From: Halarcobacter sp.
Lineage (GTDB): Bacteria; Campylobacterota; Campylobacteria; Campylobacterales; Arcobacteraceae
DNA: 64,000 nucleotides
Reading direction: 5' to 3'
Assembly: GCA_963676565.1 (NCBI GenBank)
Contig: OY781089.1
Location: forward strand, 128,001-192,000
Numbering within the stretch: the stretch's first letter is position 1; the number at the start of each line of letters is the position of its first letter. This document shows positions 38,713-49,514 of the stretch, in pieces. The notes beneath the pieces were generated by a model that saw only the letters and a list, made by a program, of their open reading frames with translations, did not search any database and was not told the DNA's origin. Both the position numbers and the translations under genes were made by a program.

Positions 38713-39489
38713 TTTTATTAGTGATGGAGTATACCCAGAATATCTTCTAAAAACTTTTATCATGTATGATTGGTCAGAGAAACCACACTCATAGGCTATA
38801 TCAGACAAAGACATATCAGTTTTTAAAAGTTCTCTTACTTTATTAACTTTTTTTATTTGAATAAAATGGGAAGGGGAAATACCAAAGTTTCTTTTAAACT
38901 CCCTAGAAAAATGGAACCTTGACAAACCTGCATTTTTTGATAAATCATCCAATGAAATATTTAGATCCTTTATATTTGCATCTATAAAATCTATTGTTGA
39001 AGAAAAACTTTTTGTAGTTTTTTTATCTTCAATTATTTGATTCTCTTTAATTGTTGAATGGTATTTTAATATATAATCTAAAAAATCAAATATTGCATTA
39101 TCAACGGCTAAATCATTTGTCCCTTTAGTTTCAAAAGTTTCAAACATAGTGATAAACAGATACGAAGCTTTTTCATCATCTATCAAACTGTTAAAATGAA
39201 TCGTTTCTAAACTATCCTTTTTAAGTATATCTTTTGCGATAGAGTTAACCAAAGAAACAGTTGGCATAATATTTAGATGAGACCATGTACTATTATTTGT
39301 TGTGTGTATCTCATATGGGTTTACTACTTGAATTATTCCAGGCACTATTTTATGCTTTTCTTTTTCATTTGCAAAAAAGTGTGCACCTTCATATACTAAA
39401 CTAATAGTATACTCTTCATGAAAATGCTTAGTTAAAGTAACATTTTTAAAATTGTTGTTAACATAAAATATATCGCTCATATTTTTCAA
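38695..39489 (-). CDS. AraC family transcriptional regulator
   Basis: HFHEEY cupin, LSRFHFSREFK, IAYECGFSDQSY. Confidence 0.93.
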   Translation of the reverse strand: MKNMSDIFYVNNNFKNVTLTKHFHEEYTISLVYEGAHFFANEKEKHKIVPGIIQVVNPYEIHTTNNSTWSHLNIMPTVSLVNSIAKDILKKDSLETIHFNSLIDDEKASYLFITMFETFETKGTNDLAVDNAIFDFLDYILKYHSTIKENQIIEDKKTTKSFSSTIDFIDANIKDLNISLDDLSKNAGLSRFHFSREFKRNFGISPSHFIQIKKVNKVRELLKTDMSLSDIAYECGFSDQSYMIKVFRRYSGYTPSLIKKVNPN

Positions 39490-40055
39490 TTTTCTTTTAA
39501 AACTCTTTTTGAAGTATCATAAACAAACTCATAATAGTTGTTATTGTTAAACTCGAACTCTTGAATAACTTCAAGTCCCATTTTTCTTTTGTGAGCTTCG
39601 TATGATCTTGGATTAATTTTATTTACAAAGGTAACTAATATCTCATATTTTTTTGACATTTCATCTAAAGCAAAATCAAATAGTTTTTCTAAAAGTCCAC
39701 TACCTCTATATCTTTTATCTATACAAACAGGTCCATATTGGTATGAATTATCTATAGTGATTTGTTTTCCAAGATATTGTAAATTTGGTAAATCTTTTAT
39801 CATAAATGCAAACATTGGCCATTTTGACCAATACTGCCACGATGCAGACATAACATACCCAACAACTTCACCATTATCAACTGCTACAAAAATACCTTTT
39901 TCTTTTTCTATAATATCTTCTAATTGTTCTTTTGAAAAAGCTGTTGTAACAAAACCATCTTTTTTATCTTCTTCATCTATTGTATCAACTTGATATTTAC
40001 TATGTAGTTTTAAAATATTTTCTACATCTTCAAAACTTGCTATTTTTAAAACCAT
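39486..40055 (-). CDS. GNAT family acetyltransferase
   Basis: YGPVCIDKRYRGSGL, NPRSYEAH. Confidence 0.85.
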   Translation of the reverse strand: MVLKIASFEDVENILKLHSKYQVDTIDEEDKKDGFVTTAFSKEQLEDIIEKEKGIFVAVDNGEVVGYVMSASWQYWSKWPMFAFMIKDLPNLQYLGKQITIDNSYQYGPVCIDKRYRGSGLLEKLFDFALDEMSKKYEILVTFVNKINPRSYEAHKRKMGLEVIQEFEFNNNNYYEFVYDTSKRVLKEN

Positions 40056-40115
40056 GCATACTCCTTAAAACAGAGATTATAGTAGTTTCTATATTATTTG
40101 TATAGTAAAATATTG

Positions 40116-41123
40116 CTATATATTTTTTCTAACTACTTTTATATCTTTAATATCCATATCTAAATAGCAAGAAGATGAGTCTTCTAATCCTTCAATAGAA
40201 AAAGTTTTTACTATGATTTCACTTTTTTCATAATCATCTAAAATTATATTTAATTCAAAGAAATCGCCACAATAAGAGATATCAAGAATTGTCCCTTTTA
40301 TCTTAGATTTATCATCTACAATTTTTACTTTATCAATTGGAATAATTCCAACATAATCTTTAGGAACACTACAAGCAATCTTTTCCACTAAAGGTTTAGG
40401 TAATTTATTTATTCTATTTAAAAAATTAGCTATATAAAAAGATTTTGGATTTTCAAATAACTGCTTTGGTGTTCCAAATTGCTCTATCTTTTTGTTATTT
40501 ATAATTGCAATTTTATCTGACATACTAAGTGCTTCTTTTTGATCATGGGTAACAAGAATAGCACTTAAACCCAACTCTTTAATAAGTTTTTTTAACCAAA
40601 TTTTTGTTTTATATCTTAATAAAGTATCTAGATTTGCAAAGGGTTCATCAAGGAGTAAAACCTTAGGTTCATAGGCTAAAACTCTAGCTATTGAAACACG
40701 CTGTTGTTGACCACCACTTAATTCATGAATTTGTTTATGTCTATGCTCAACTAAATCAAACTGCTTTAGAAGATTATCAACCCTTCTTTGTCTTTCATTT
40801 GCTTTTAATCTATATAGGGCAAACTCAATATTTTGTCTAACATTTAAGTGAGGGAATAAAGCATAATCTTGAAATATATAACCTAAATCTTTGTGACACT
40901 CTCTTTTTCCATTTTGAATTAAACAGTGTTCATTAATAAAAATTTCACCGTCATATTGTTCTTGTAGCGATGCAATACTTCTTAAAATAGTACTTTTACC
41001 ACATCCACTAGGACCCAAAATTGTTACAATCTCTCCTTGTTTTACACTAAAAGAGATATCTTCTAAAATTTGTGTTTGTCCAAAAGCAATAGAGTAATTT
41101 TTTACACTTATACCTGTAATCAT
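40116..41123 (-). CDS. fbpC: Fe3+ ABC transporter ATPase
   Basis: GPSGCGKS, FQDYALFPH, LSGGQQQR, LLLDEP. Confidence 0.88.
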   Translation of the reverse strand: MITGISVKNYSIAFGQTQILEDISFSVKQGEIVTILGPSGCGKSTILRSIASLQEQYDGEIFINEHCLIQNGKRECHKDLGYIFQDYALFPHLNVRQNIEFALYRLKANERQRRVDNLLKQFDLVEHRHKQIHELSGGQQQRVSIARVLAYEPKVLLLDEPFANLDTLLRYKTKIWLKKLIKELGLSAILVTHDQKEALSMSDKIAIINNKKIEQFGTPKQLFENPKSFYIANFLNRINKLPKPLVEKIACSVPKDYVGIIPIDKVKIVDDKSKIKGTILDISYCGDFFELNIILDDYEKSEIIVKTFSIEGLEDSSSCYLDMDIKDIKVVRKNI

Positions 41124-41178
41124 TATATTAATCCTTTAAAATGTCCCATTTTAAAGGGACAATAATTGTCTTAATGTC

Positions 41179-42759
41179 TTAATCTTTTACCATCTTTTTT
41201 GCAAGTATTAAAACTGATACCATACTAAATAATACAATAAACATAGCAGGAACTGCTGATTCTATAATCTGCGCTTGAGTTACAAGTTCATGGGATAACA
41301 CAGGTAAAGTATCAAAGTTAAATGGTCTTAATATCATAGTTAAAGGCAACTCTTTTAAAGTTTCTATAAATATCACAATAAAACTTGCCATTATTGACCC
41401 TCTAAGTAGAGGAAAAATCACTTTTAAAAAAGTATAAAAACCATCGACATTCATAGTCTTACATGCATCATCATAACTTTGAGGTATCTTACTAAAACCT
41501 GATTCATAATTATTAATTGAGATAGCTATAAATCTAACTAAATAACCAAACACAACAGCTATAACAGTTCCACTAATCAAAATATCAAAGTTCTTATCAA
41601 TAAATGAAAAGAAGCTTAACACCCCAATTGCAACAACTGCTCCAGGGATTGAATACCCTAGTTTAGAAATTTGCACAAGATTATCAGCTATTTTACTTTT
41701 ATGCACTCTTACATTATAAACAATAAAAAATGCCAATATAGTTATTAAAATAGAACTTGTTATACCAAGGGCTAGGGTTTGATAAAGTATTGTTAAAAAA
41801 TCCTCATCAATAATCTCTTCATATGAAATATAAAACCAATAAGACATTTGAGAAAAAGGTAATAAAAATCCAAAGAAAAAAGGGATAAAACATGCAAGCC
41901 ATGCAAAAAAACCTTTTACTCCTGTAAGTTTTTGTTTTATAATTGGTTTAAAATCCTTACCACTACTTTTATATTTTTTATTTCTTCTTTGAAATCTTTC
42001 CAAGAAGATTATAATAAAAATAAAAAGCATCAACATAGAAGCCAATTTTGAAGCATCTTCAACACTTCCCATACCAAGCCATGTTCTAAAAATACCTGTT
42101 ACAAAAGTTGATACCCCATAATAATCCATAACCCCATAATCAGCAACAGCTTCCATCACTGCTAATATGCTTCCTGCAACAATTGCAGGTCTTGAAATTG
42201 GTAAAATTACCTTATAAAATATCTGAAAATTACTAAGTCCCATAGTCTTAGAAGCATCAAGAATAGAGCTTGATTCAGCTTTTAAGTATGTTTTAGAGAT
42301 TAGATACACATAAGGGTACAAAACCAAAGACATTACAATAATAGCACCCTCTATTGACATAATATCAAAGAAATAAACTTCATTTAAACTCTTACCTAAT
42401 AAATCCAATATAAATGTAGTAACTGAGCCTGTAATATCAAACATACCACCATAAATATATGACATAATATATGTAGGGATTGCAAAGGGTAAAATCAAAC
42501 CATAGTGGAAAAATCTTGAACCAGAAAATTCAAAAAATGTAGTTATATAAGCTGTTGTAAAACCTAAAAGAATAGTTAATATTGCAACTCCAAACATAAT
42601 ATATAAAGAGTTATAAATATATTCAAATAAAACTGTATCAACTAAATGTGACCAATTATCACTAGTTACAAAAATATTTGAAATTAGTATAAGTCCTGGT
42701 ATAGAGATAAGAAGTGTTAAAAGAACACTACTTATTGTAAGCTTATTTAAAATTTTCAA
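41179..42759 (-). CDS. fbpB: Fe3+ ABC transporter permease
   Basis: Duplicated permease, LYPYVY, RPAI, KELPLT..LRPFNF. Confidence 0.88.
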   Translation of the reverse strand: MKILNKLTISSVLLTLLISIPGLILISNIFVTSDNWSHLVDTVLFEYIYNSLYIMFGVAILTILLGFTTAYITTFFEFSGSRFFHYGLILPFAIPTYIMSYIYGGMFDITGSVTTFILDLLGKSLNEVYFFDIMSIEGAIIVMSLVLYPYVYLISKTYLKAESSSILDASKTMGLSNFQIFYKVILPISRPAIVAGSILAVMEAVADYGVMDYYGVSTFVTGIFRTWLGMGSVEDASKLASMLMLFIFIIIFLERFQRRNKKYKSSGKDFKPIIKQKLTGVKGFFAWLACFIPFFFGFLLPFSQMSYWFYISYEEIIDEDFLTILYQTLALGITSSILITILAFFIVYNVRVHKSKIADNLVQISKLGYSIPGAVVAIGVLSFFSFIDKNFDILISGTVIAVVFGYLVRFIAISINNYESGFSKIPQSYDDACKTMNVDGFYTFLKVIFPLLRGSIMASFIVIFIETLKELPLTMILRPFNFDTLPVLSHELVTQAQIIESAVPAMFIVLFSMVSVLILAKKMVKD

Positions 42760-42765
42760 TTTCTC

Positions 42766-43767
42766 TTATTTCCATCCTGATTTATCAAATATTTTAACTG
42801 CATTAATATTATATTTTCCCATAGTATTTATTGAGATATTATCATCTTCAAACGTCCCCCATGAAGAAACCACATCATTTTTCTTAACACCCTTTGCAAC
42901 AGGATATTCAAAGTTCCCATTTGCAAATAAATCTTGTGCCTCAGGACTTAATAAAAACTCTATAAATTTAATAGCATTTTCTTTATTAGGAGAATATTTT
43001 GCAACTCCTGCACCACTTACGTTTATGTGTGTTCCACCATTCTCAAATTTAGGAAATATAATCTTTACTTTTTTAACTGCTTCACTTTCAGCAATATCTT
43101 TATTACCAATCATTTTACCAACATAATAAGTATTTGCAATAGCAATTTTTCCAATTCCATTTGCTACAGCTTTTACTTGATATCTATCATTTCCTCTAGG
43201 TCGTCTTGCCATATTCTTTACAACGCCTTTTGCCCATTTTAAAGCGTACTCTTCACCATGGTGAGCAATAACAGCGGCAAGCATTGATTGATTGTAAACA
43301 TGGTTTGATGATCTAACCATAATCATTTTTTTATACTCTGGTTTTATTAAATCTTCATAGGTTTTAATCTCAATATTACTATCAATTGGAACAATAAAGG
43401 CTCTTACTCTTTTTGTCAATGCAAACCATTTATTATCTTCATCCCTTAGATTTTCAGGAACAACTTCCATTAGATATTTTGATTCAATTGATTGAATTAA
43501 GCCTTTTGATTTTGCTTGATAAAGTCTTCCTGCATCAACAGTGATTAAAACATCTGCTGGTGACTTTTCACCTTCACTTTCTAATCTTTTAATTAAAGCA
43601 TTAGCATCTGCATTTACAACATTTACTTTAATACCTGTTTTTTCCTCAAACATTTTATATAATTGTTTATCTGTATCATAATGTCTGTGAGAATATACAT
43701 TTACTTCATTTGAAGCAAAAACAAAATTTGTAAAAATAAAAAAACTTAATAATATTTGTTTAATCAT
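42766..43767 (-). CDS. Fe3+ ABC substrate-binding protein, paralog 2 (FutA/FbpA)
   Basis: VNVYSHRHY, SPADVLITVDAG, YNQS, ANTYY, HINVSG. Confidence 0.92.
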   Translation of the reverse strand: MIKQILLSFFIFTNFVFASNEVNVYSHRHYDTDKQLYKMFEEKTGIKVNVVNADANALIKRLESEGEKSPADVLITVDAGRLYQAKSKGLIQSIESKYLMEVVPENLRDEDNKWFALTKRVRAFIVPIDSNIEIKTYEDLIKPEYKKMIMVRSSNHVYNQSMLAAVIAHHGEEYALKWAKGVVKNMARRPRGNDRYQVKAVANGIGKIAIANTYYVGKMIGNKDIAESEAVKKVKIIFPKFENGGTHINVSGAGVAKYSPNKENAIKFIEFLLSPEAQDLFANGNFEYPVAKGVKKNDVVSSWGTFEDDNISINTMGKYNINAVKIFDKSGWK

Positions 43768-43825
43768 ATTTGTACCTTTTTAAAATATAGATTATATCAT
43801 TTATGAAGTAAAACATTTCTTATAG

Positions 43826-43850
43826 TAATAATTGTTATCAAAATGATAAT
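43826..43850. promoter_or_regulatory. Fur box-like site
   Basis: TAATAAT-T-GTTATCA then AATGATAAT, upstream of an iron-binding protein gene. Confidence 0.65.
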
Positions 43851-43857
43851 AAGAGAT

Positions 43858-43890
43858 AAAAAAAGGGAGTAGCAAAAACTATTCCCTTTC
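43858..43890 (-). terminator. Intrinsic terminator after paralog 1
   Basis: AAAGGGAGTAG / CTATTCCCTTT stem with A-run. Confidence 0.7.
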
Positions 43891-43914
43891 TTCTTTGTTA
43901 AATATTAGATTGTA

Positions 43915-44922
43915 TTATTTCCAACCAGCTTTATCAAACACTTTTACTGCTGCTGCATTGTTTTTCCCAAGCTCATTAATTGAAATTGTGTCATCTTCAA
44001 ATTCACCCCAAGATTCAACTATAGGATTTTTCTTTACACCATCAATAACTGGATATTCAAAGTTCCCTCCAGCAAATAATTCTTGTGCATCTTTGCTTGC
44101 TAAAAACTCAATAAATTTAATTGCATTTTCTTTATTAGGAGAATATTTTGCAACCCCTGCACCACTTACATTTATATGTGTTCCACCATTTTCAAATTTA
44201 GGAAAGAAAATCTTAACTTTTTTTACAGCTTTAGCTTGTGATTCATCTTTATTATCAACCATTTTACCAATATAATAAGTGTTTGCAATTGCAATTTCAC
44301 CAATACCATTTGCAATAGCTTTTACTTGATATCTGTCATTACCTTTTGGAGCCATTGCCATATTTGCAACTACACCTTTAGCCCAGTTTAAAGCATATTC
44401 TTCACCATGGTGAGCAATCATACCTGCTAATAATGATTGGTTATATGTATTATTTGAAGATCTAACCATGATTTTACCCTTAAATTTTGGGTCTGCTAAA
44501 TCTTCATAAGTAGATAATTCTTTTTCTATTCCTGATCCTAATTTATAAACTGTAACTCTTGCTCTTTTAGTTAAACCAAACCATTGGTTATCTTTATCTC
44601 TTAATTTTTGAGGAATTGAATTTATTAATTTTTCAGACTCAATTGCTTGAAAAAGACCTTTTTCTTTTGCTGTATATAATCTTGCAGCATCTACAGTGAT
44701 TAAAACATCAGCTGGTGATTTTTCACCTTCAGATTCAAGTCTTTGAACTAAAGCAGAACCTTTTGCTTTTACAACATTTACTTTTATACCTGTTTTTTCT
44801 TCAAACATTTTAAACAATATTTTATCTGTGTCATAATGTCTTGTTGAGTAAATATTAACCTCATTTGCAGCATAAATTGAACTTGTCAATAATAATGCAC
44901 CTAAAAATAATTTTTTTAGCAT
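43915..44922 (-). CDS. Fe3+ ABC substrate-binding protein, paralog 1 (FutA/FbpA)
   Basis: Same motifs as paralog 2; ATG 44922 after AAGGA. Confidence 0.92.
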   Translation of the reverse strand: MLKKLFLGALLLTSSIYAANEVNIYSTRHYDTDKILFKMFEEKTGIKVNVVKAKGSALVQRLESEGEKSPADVLITVDAARLYTAKEKGLFQAIESEKLINSIPQKLRDKDNQWFGLTKRARVTVYKLGSGIEKELSTYEDLADPKFKGKIMVRSSNNTYNQSLLAGMIAHHGEEYALNWAKGVVANMAMAPKGNDRYQVKAIANGIGEIAIANTYYIGKMVDNKDESQAKAVKKVKIFFPKFENGGTHINVSGAGVAKYSPNKENAIKFIEFLASKDAQELFAGGNFEYPVIDGVKKNPIVESWGEFEDDTISINELGKNNAAAVKVFDKAGWK

Positions 44923-44936
44923 ATCTATTTCCTTAA

Positions 44937-45004
44937 TGATAATTATTATTGAAATAATACACATCTTATACTTAATTTTTTATTAATAATAATAATGACT
45001 ATCA
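44937..45004. promoter_or_regulatory. Two Fur box-like sites
   Basis: TGATAAT-T-ATTATTG (44937-44951) and TAATAAT-G-ACTATCA (44990-45004). Confidence 0.65.
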
Positions 45005-45021
45005 TATATGAAGTTGGGCAT

Positions 45022-45051
45022 AAAAAAAGGAAGCAGTAAAACCACTTCCTT
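45022..45051 (-). terminator. Terminator of rpsF-ssb-rpsR
   Basis: AAGGAAG / CTTCCTT stem with A-run. Confidence 0.7.
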
Positions 45052-45075
45052 AAATTTATTGTTTAAAAATGTAAA

Positions 45076-45333
45076 TTATCTAGCGTATGCTGCGTCAGTT
45101 ACATCTTGAGTATCAACAATATATGGAACTAATGCCATATGTCTTGCTCTTTTAATAGCTTTTTCTACCATTTCTTGAGCGTTTTTAGAGTTACCTGTAA
45201 GTCTTCTAGGCATGATTTTACCTCTTTCACTCATAGATAGTTTTAATAACTCAGTGTTTTTATAGTCAATGAAATCAATTTTCATTTCACTATATTTACA
45301 AAATTTTTTTCCGTATTTTCTTCTTTCTGCCAT
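45076..45333 (-). CDS. rpsR: 30S ribosomal protein S18
   Basis: [24 protein letters not shown]. Confidence 0.97.
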   Translation of the reverse strand: MAERRKYGKKFCKYSEMKIDFIDYKNTELLKLSMSERGKIMPRRLTGNSKNAQEMVEKAIKRARHMALVPYIVDTQDVTDAAYAR

Positions 45334-45349
45334 CTTTAATCCTTATATT

Positions 45350-45898
45350 CTAGAAAGGTATTTCATCATCATCAATATCGATTTCAGGTATTTTATGTTC
45401 AGCTGGTTGAGTAGCTTGATTATTCATACCACCATAATTGTTTTGACCCATGTTGTTTTGAGGTGCTTGTTGCTGATTGTATTGATTTGATTGAGGATTA
45501 TAACCACCACCTTGGTTATTATAAGAGTTTTGATTCCCTTGACCTTGTGGTGCCCCCATATTTTGTGAATCTGCTTTTGAATCTAACATTTTCATAGTAT
45601 CTACTCTTAGAGCATGTCTACTTCTGTTAGAGCCATCTTGTGCAGTCCACTGTTCAAAAACAAGTCTACCTTCTAATAAAACTTTTGAACCTTTTCTTAA
45701 GTATTGATTAGCAACTTCAGCACTTCTACCAAAAATATTGAAATCTAAAAAACAAACTTCTTCTTTTTGTTCACCAGTTTGTGATTTATATCTATGGCTA
45801 GTTGCAATAGCAGATTTAGCTAATGCTGAACCATTTGGCATATATCTTAGTTCAATATCTCTTGTTAAGTTTCCTACCATTACTATTTTATTATACAT
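45350..45898 (-). CDS. ssb: Single-stranded DNA-binding protein
   Basis: VGNLTRD, OB fold, DDDEIPF tail. Confidence 0.97.
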   Translation of the reverse strand: MYNKIVMVGNLTRDIELRYMPNGSALAKSAIATSHRYKSQTGEQKEEVCFLDFNIFGRSAEVANQYLRKGSKVLLEGRLVFEQWTAQDGSNRSRHALRVDTMKMLDSKADSQNMGAPQGQGNQNSYNNQGGGYNPQSNQYNQQQAPQNNMGQNNYGGMNNQATQPAEHKIPEIDIDDDEIPF

Positions 45899-45920
45899 AA
45901 GATGTTCCTACAAAATTTAA

Positions 45921-46274
45921 TTAGTTAGCTTTTTTAGCTGCCTCGTCGCTCATTTTAGTCCATGCAGCGATCTCTTTTTTATTTTCATATTTAATGAAAA
46001 TAAATCTCATGATATTTTCGTTGATTCTATATTGTCTTTCAATTTCAAGAATTCCAGAAGGCTCACCTTTGAAATATGCTACAAAATAGTAACCTCTTTT
46101 GTTTTTTTCAATTTCATAAGCTAAAGGTCTAGTTCCCATATCATCACAAGCAACGATTTCACCACCGTTTTTTGCAATGTCAGCTTTTACTTTTTCGATT
46201 TGCGCCGCAGTCTCTTCTTCAGTAAGAGTTGGCTTTAAGATAAACATTGTTTCGTAATGTTTTAATTTTGACAT
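45921..46274 (-). CDS. rpsF: 30S ribosomal protein S6
   Basis: [19 protein letters not shown]. Confidence 0.97.
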   Translation of the reverse strand: MSKLKHYETMFILKPTLTEEETAAQIEKVKADIAKNGGEIVACDDMGTRPLAYEIEKNKRGYYFVAYFKGEPSGILEIERQYRINENIMRFIFIKYENKKEIAAWTKMSDEAAKKAN

Positions 46275-46278
46275 CAGT

Positions 46279-46331
46279 TCTCCTTATAGTTTGTGCCGGT
46301 ATCTTTACAAATTGTTAATATCAGCAAGGAT
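46279..46331 (-). promoter_or_regulatory. Probable S6:S18 autoregulatory leader
   Basis: TCCTTG can pair with the TAAGGA SD and an unpaired CCG lies between them. Confidence 0.5.
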
Positions 46332-46351
46332 TTTTTGTAAAGTGGGAGATT

Positions 46352-47332
46352 TTATCTAATAATAACTGATAATTTTCTTAAAGAAGCCTGAAGATAGATA
46401 TTAGAATCACTAATTTTTGAAGACTTTAGTTCTAGCTCTAAACTTAATAAATATTCTAAAATTTCTAAAAATTTTTCTGGTTTAATACTTATTGCAAGTC
46501 TAGATTTTTTCTCCCAAACATTTTTAGGTGGTACAAAACCTAAAATCTCTTTTGCATTTGCACTTCCATAAACTCTAGCATAAGAACTTATCATAAAAAG
46601 TTGTTGAACAAATGAGGTGATTTGATTTAGAAGATATATTTCATTCATCCCCTCTTCTAGCAATAATGCAAGCTCTTCACTTATATCCATACATGATAGA
46701 AGATCATGCAAAAAATCTTCAAAATTAACAGCTCCAATACCAAAACAGTGTTTATTTACAGTGTTTGCTGAAATTTTTTCATCTAATATAGAAAGCTTTT
46801 TTAAATCATTCATACATAAAGACAAGTCTTGTCTGTGCATAAAATATAGATGATTAAGTGCTGAAAGTTCACAATTCATATTTAATTGTTTTGCTTGATT
46901 TTCTATCATTCTTACAGCTTCATTTGGAAAAGGAGAAAACATCCTAACACTAACAGCATTAAGTTTTTTTGTAAAATAACCACCCATAGTTTTAAAATCA
47001 CCATCCCCCATACAAGAGAAAATAACTTTTGAATCTGGATTTGTATTACAAGCTTCAATTAATTCTGTACACTCTTTTTTATTTAATTTTTTTTCTAATT
47101 TAATGATAAGAATATTATTAGCCGCAAAAAGGGAAGATTGAAGTAGTTTATTTTTCGCATATTTAAAATCAAAATCATCAAAATAAAGTTTTTCTATCTC
47201 GTCAGGTGTTCCCAATGAAGAAGCAACTAATTCAGTATAGTGTTCAACTAAATAGTTTGATTGCCCAAAAAACATATAGGCATTAAATTTTATATTTTGA
47301 TTTAAAAGATTATCGAATTCGTTTTTATACAT
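46352..47332 (-). CDS. holA: DNA polymerase III delta subunit
   Basis: Q.SLF motif, size, conserved position upstream of rpsF. Confidence 0.8.
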   Translation of the reverse strand: MYKNEFDNLLNQNIKFNAYMFFGQSNYLVEHYTELVASSLGTPDEIEKLYFDDFDFKYAKNKLLQSSLFAANNILIIKLEKKLNKKECTELIEACNTNPDSKVIFSCMGDGDFKTMGGYFTKKLNAVSVRMFSPFPNEAVRMIENQAKQLNMNCELSALNHLYFMHRQDLSLCMNDLKKLSILDEKISANTVNKHCFGIGAVNFEDFLHDLLSCMDISEELALLLEEGMNEIYLLNQITSFVQQLFMISSYARVYGSANAKEILGFVPPKNVWEKKSRLAISIKPEKFLEILEYLLSLELELKSSKISDSNIYLQASLRKLSVIIR

Positions 47333-47359
47333 GATGGAATATTAGCTAATTATTGCTTT

Positions 47360-48580
47360 TTAAAACATTTTCTCAAGTCTATTAAAAAGTCCAGACCATG
47401 TTTTATCCTCTAAAAGTTTTATAACCTCATCTATATCATATTTTCTACCTTCTAAAATTTCACAAGAGGCCTCATCAATAGTTTGTGCGAGTCTATCTTC
47501 AAACTCACAAACATCCTCTTCATATGGAGTATCAACATTTTTCAACCTTGGCATTTTTATATATCTTATTGCCCCAAGTTCTTTTAATCTTTCACCTAAA
47601 AAGTCATCAAGTCCAGGTAAATCTGTACAAATAACCTTAGCACCACTAGCTAAAGCTTCAATAACAACCAATGGTAAACCTTCAAAAAATGATGGAAGTA
47701 TAAAAAGATCACAAGTTCTAAGTAAAGATTCAAGCTCTTCTTGAGGTACAATCCCTAGATAATTTATCTTCGCTTTTCTATTATCAATGCTTTTTATAAT
47801 CTCATCACTTTCAAGGGCGCTTCCACTTCCTATTAGATTTAATTCAATATTCTCATATTTTTTACAACTATCAATTGCATTTAAAAGATGGGGAACCCCT
47901 TTGGCATTGCACATTTTTCCAACATATGCAATTTTTACATTATTGTTTTTTTCTCTATTTTTATTAGGAAAAAACATATCTGGGTTATATCCACTTCCAC
48001 TTACAATTACTTTTTCTTCTTCCACATCATAATACTCTTGGATTGTTTTAGCTTGGGCAGAATTTAAGGCAAATAGATATTCACACCTTGAAACCTTACC
48101 CTTTACTATTGAAGCTAAACGAGGGGAAAGCTTCATTTGTCTTAAATCTGTTCCATGGCATAAAACTAAAGTTTTTAAGTTTGGATATAAATCCTTAAAA
48201 AAAGTGCTTAAAAGCCAAATATGATTGCAAATAACAACATCAGGTTTAAATTCTTCAACAGCTTTTGTTATAACTTTTTTAAACTCTTTTTCATACATTT
48301 CATACATAGATTCATCCATTGAACTATATTTTGTACTTTTATAAGGCATTACATCACTCATCCCAACAACAGGGAAAGTCAGATTTTCACTTTCAAATAA
48401 AACAGGATAAAAGTTTTTTGACTCAAGGTTATCTATATCTGGATCTTGTTCTAAAAGAGGTACACCTGCAAGTACAGCTTGCTCATAACCTTTTTCATAT
48501 CCAGCTTTAAATAATTGCTGTAAAAAAACTCCACTTCCAGTTCTTCCTGGTCGTTGAGCCAATGCATGTAAAATTCTCAT
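47360..48580 (-). CDS. GT4 family glycosyltransferase
   Basis: YVGK...KG, PSFFEGLPLVVIEALASG. Confidence 0.9.
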   Translation of the reverse strand: MRILHALAQRPGRTGSGVFLQQLFKAGYEKGYEQAVLAGVPLLEQDPDIDNLESKNFYPVLFESENLTFPVVGMSDVMPYKSTKYSSMDESMYEMYEKEFKKVITKAVEEFKPDVVICNHIWLLSTFFKDLYPNLKTLVLCHGTDLRQMKLSPRLASIVKGKVSRCEYLFALNSAQAKTIQEYYDVEEEKVIVSGSGYNPDMFFPNKNREKNNNVKIAYVGKMCNAKGVPHLLNAIDSCKKYENIELNLIGSGSALESDEIIKSIDNRKAKINYLGIVPQEELESLLRTCDLFILPSFFEGLPLVVIEALASGAKVICTDLPGLDDFLGERLKELGAIRYIKMPRLKNVDTPYEEDVCEFEDRLAQTIDEASCEILEGRKYDIDEVIKLLEDKTWSGLFNRLEKMF

Positions 48581-48680
48581 TTAATACCTTAATTTGAAAT
48601 TATTACTGAAATAGTATCCAAGAATTACTTTTCATAAAATATCAATTTAGTTACAATATCAAAAAAATAAAAGGTTTTTT

Positions 48681-49082
48681 ATGGAAATTGAAATATCAAC
48701 ACCTGCCCTACTATTTCCTGCTATTTCATTACTATTATTAGCATATACAAATAGATTCTTAACAACAGGACAATTAATTAGATCACTAAGTAAGCAATTA
48801 AAAGATAATAAAAGCTCAAACCTTAGTGGACAAATCAAAAATCTGAAAAAAAGAGTTGAACTTACTAAATGGATGCAGTTTTTTGGAGCGTTATCAATGC
48901 TTTTATGTACATTGTCTATGGCATGTTTATTTATGGGATATTATGATTTAGGTAAGAAGATATTTGGATTAAGTCTTATTGCTATGACTGGATCATTATG
49001 TATTTCTATATGGGAAGTTTATATCTCATCAAATGCTTTAAATTTAGAATTAAAAGATTTAAATGACAAATATAAAAGCTAA
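48681..49082 (+). CDS. DUF2721 family membrane protein
   Basis: TPALLFPAISLLLLAYTNRF. Confidence 0.8.
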   Translation: MEIEISTPALLFPAISLLLLAYTNRFLTTGQLIRSLSKQLKDNKSSNLSGQIKNLKKRVELTKWMQFFGALSMLLCTLSMACLFMGYYDLGKKIFGLSLIAMTGSLCISIWEVYISSNALNLELKDLNDKYKS

Positions 49083-49113
49083 CTAATCTATAATTTTAAT
49101 AAAGGAGTTTTTC

Positions 49114-49452
49114 ATGCAAAAAGAAGCAAAAATTTTATGGACAACGGATAATAAAGAGACAGCTGAACATATGGTTTTACTTTATGCACATAATGCAAAA
49201 CTAAAAGGGTGGATGGATGAAGTCACTGTTTTAGTTTGGGGAGCCTCTCAACAATTAATAGCCCAAGATGAAGAGATTCAAAAAAAAGTAAAAGCTATGA
49301 TAGATGATGGTATAAATGTTGTTGCATGTTTGAAATGTGCTGAAAATATGGAGATAGAAGATGGCTTAAATGCTTGTAATATTGATGTATTTTACACTGG
49401 GGAATTATTAAGTGAGTGGATAAAATCAGGAGACACAATAATTACTGTTTAA
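49114..49452 (+). CDS. DsrE family protein
   Basis: VLVWGAS, VVACLKCA. Confidence 0.75.
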   Translation: MQKEAKILWTTDNKETAEHMVLLYAHNAKLKGWMDEVTVLVWGASQQLIAQDEEIQKKVKAMIDDGINVVACLKCAENMEIEDGLNACNIDVFYTGELLSEWIKSGDTIITV

Positions 49453-49514
49453 ATACTTAATAAAATAGTTTAATTTTCTTTGTAATTTTTTGATAAACTA
49501 CGAAAAATATTTTA

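Noticed and set aside
45400..45560. Q/N/G-rich low-complexity stretch
   Set aside because: Normal disordered linker of SSB
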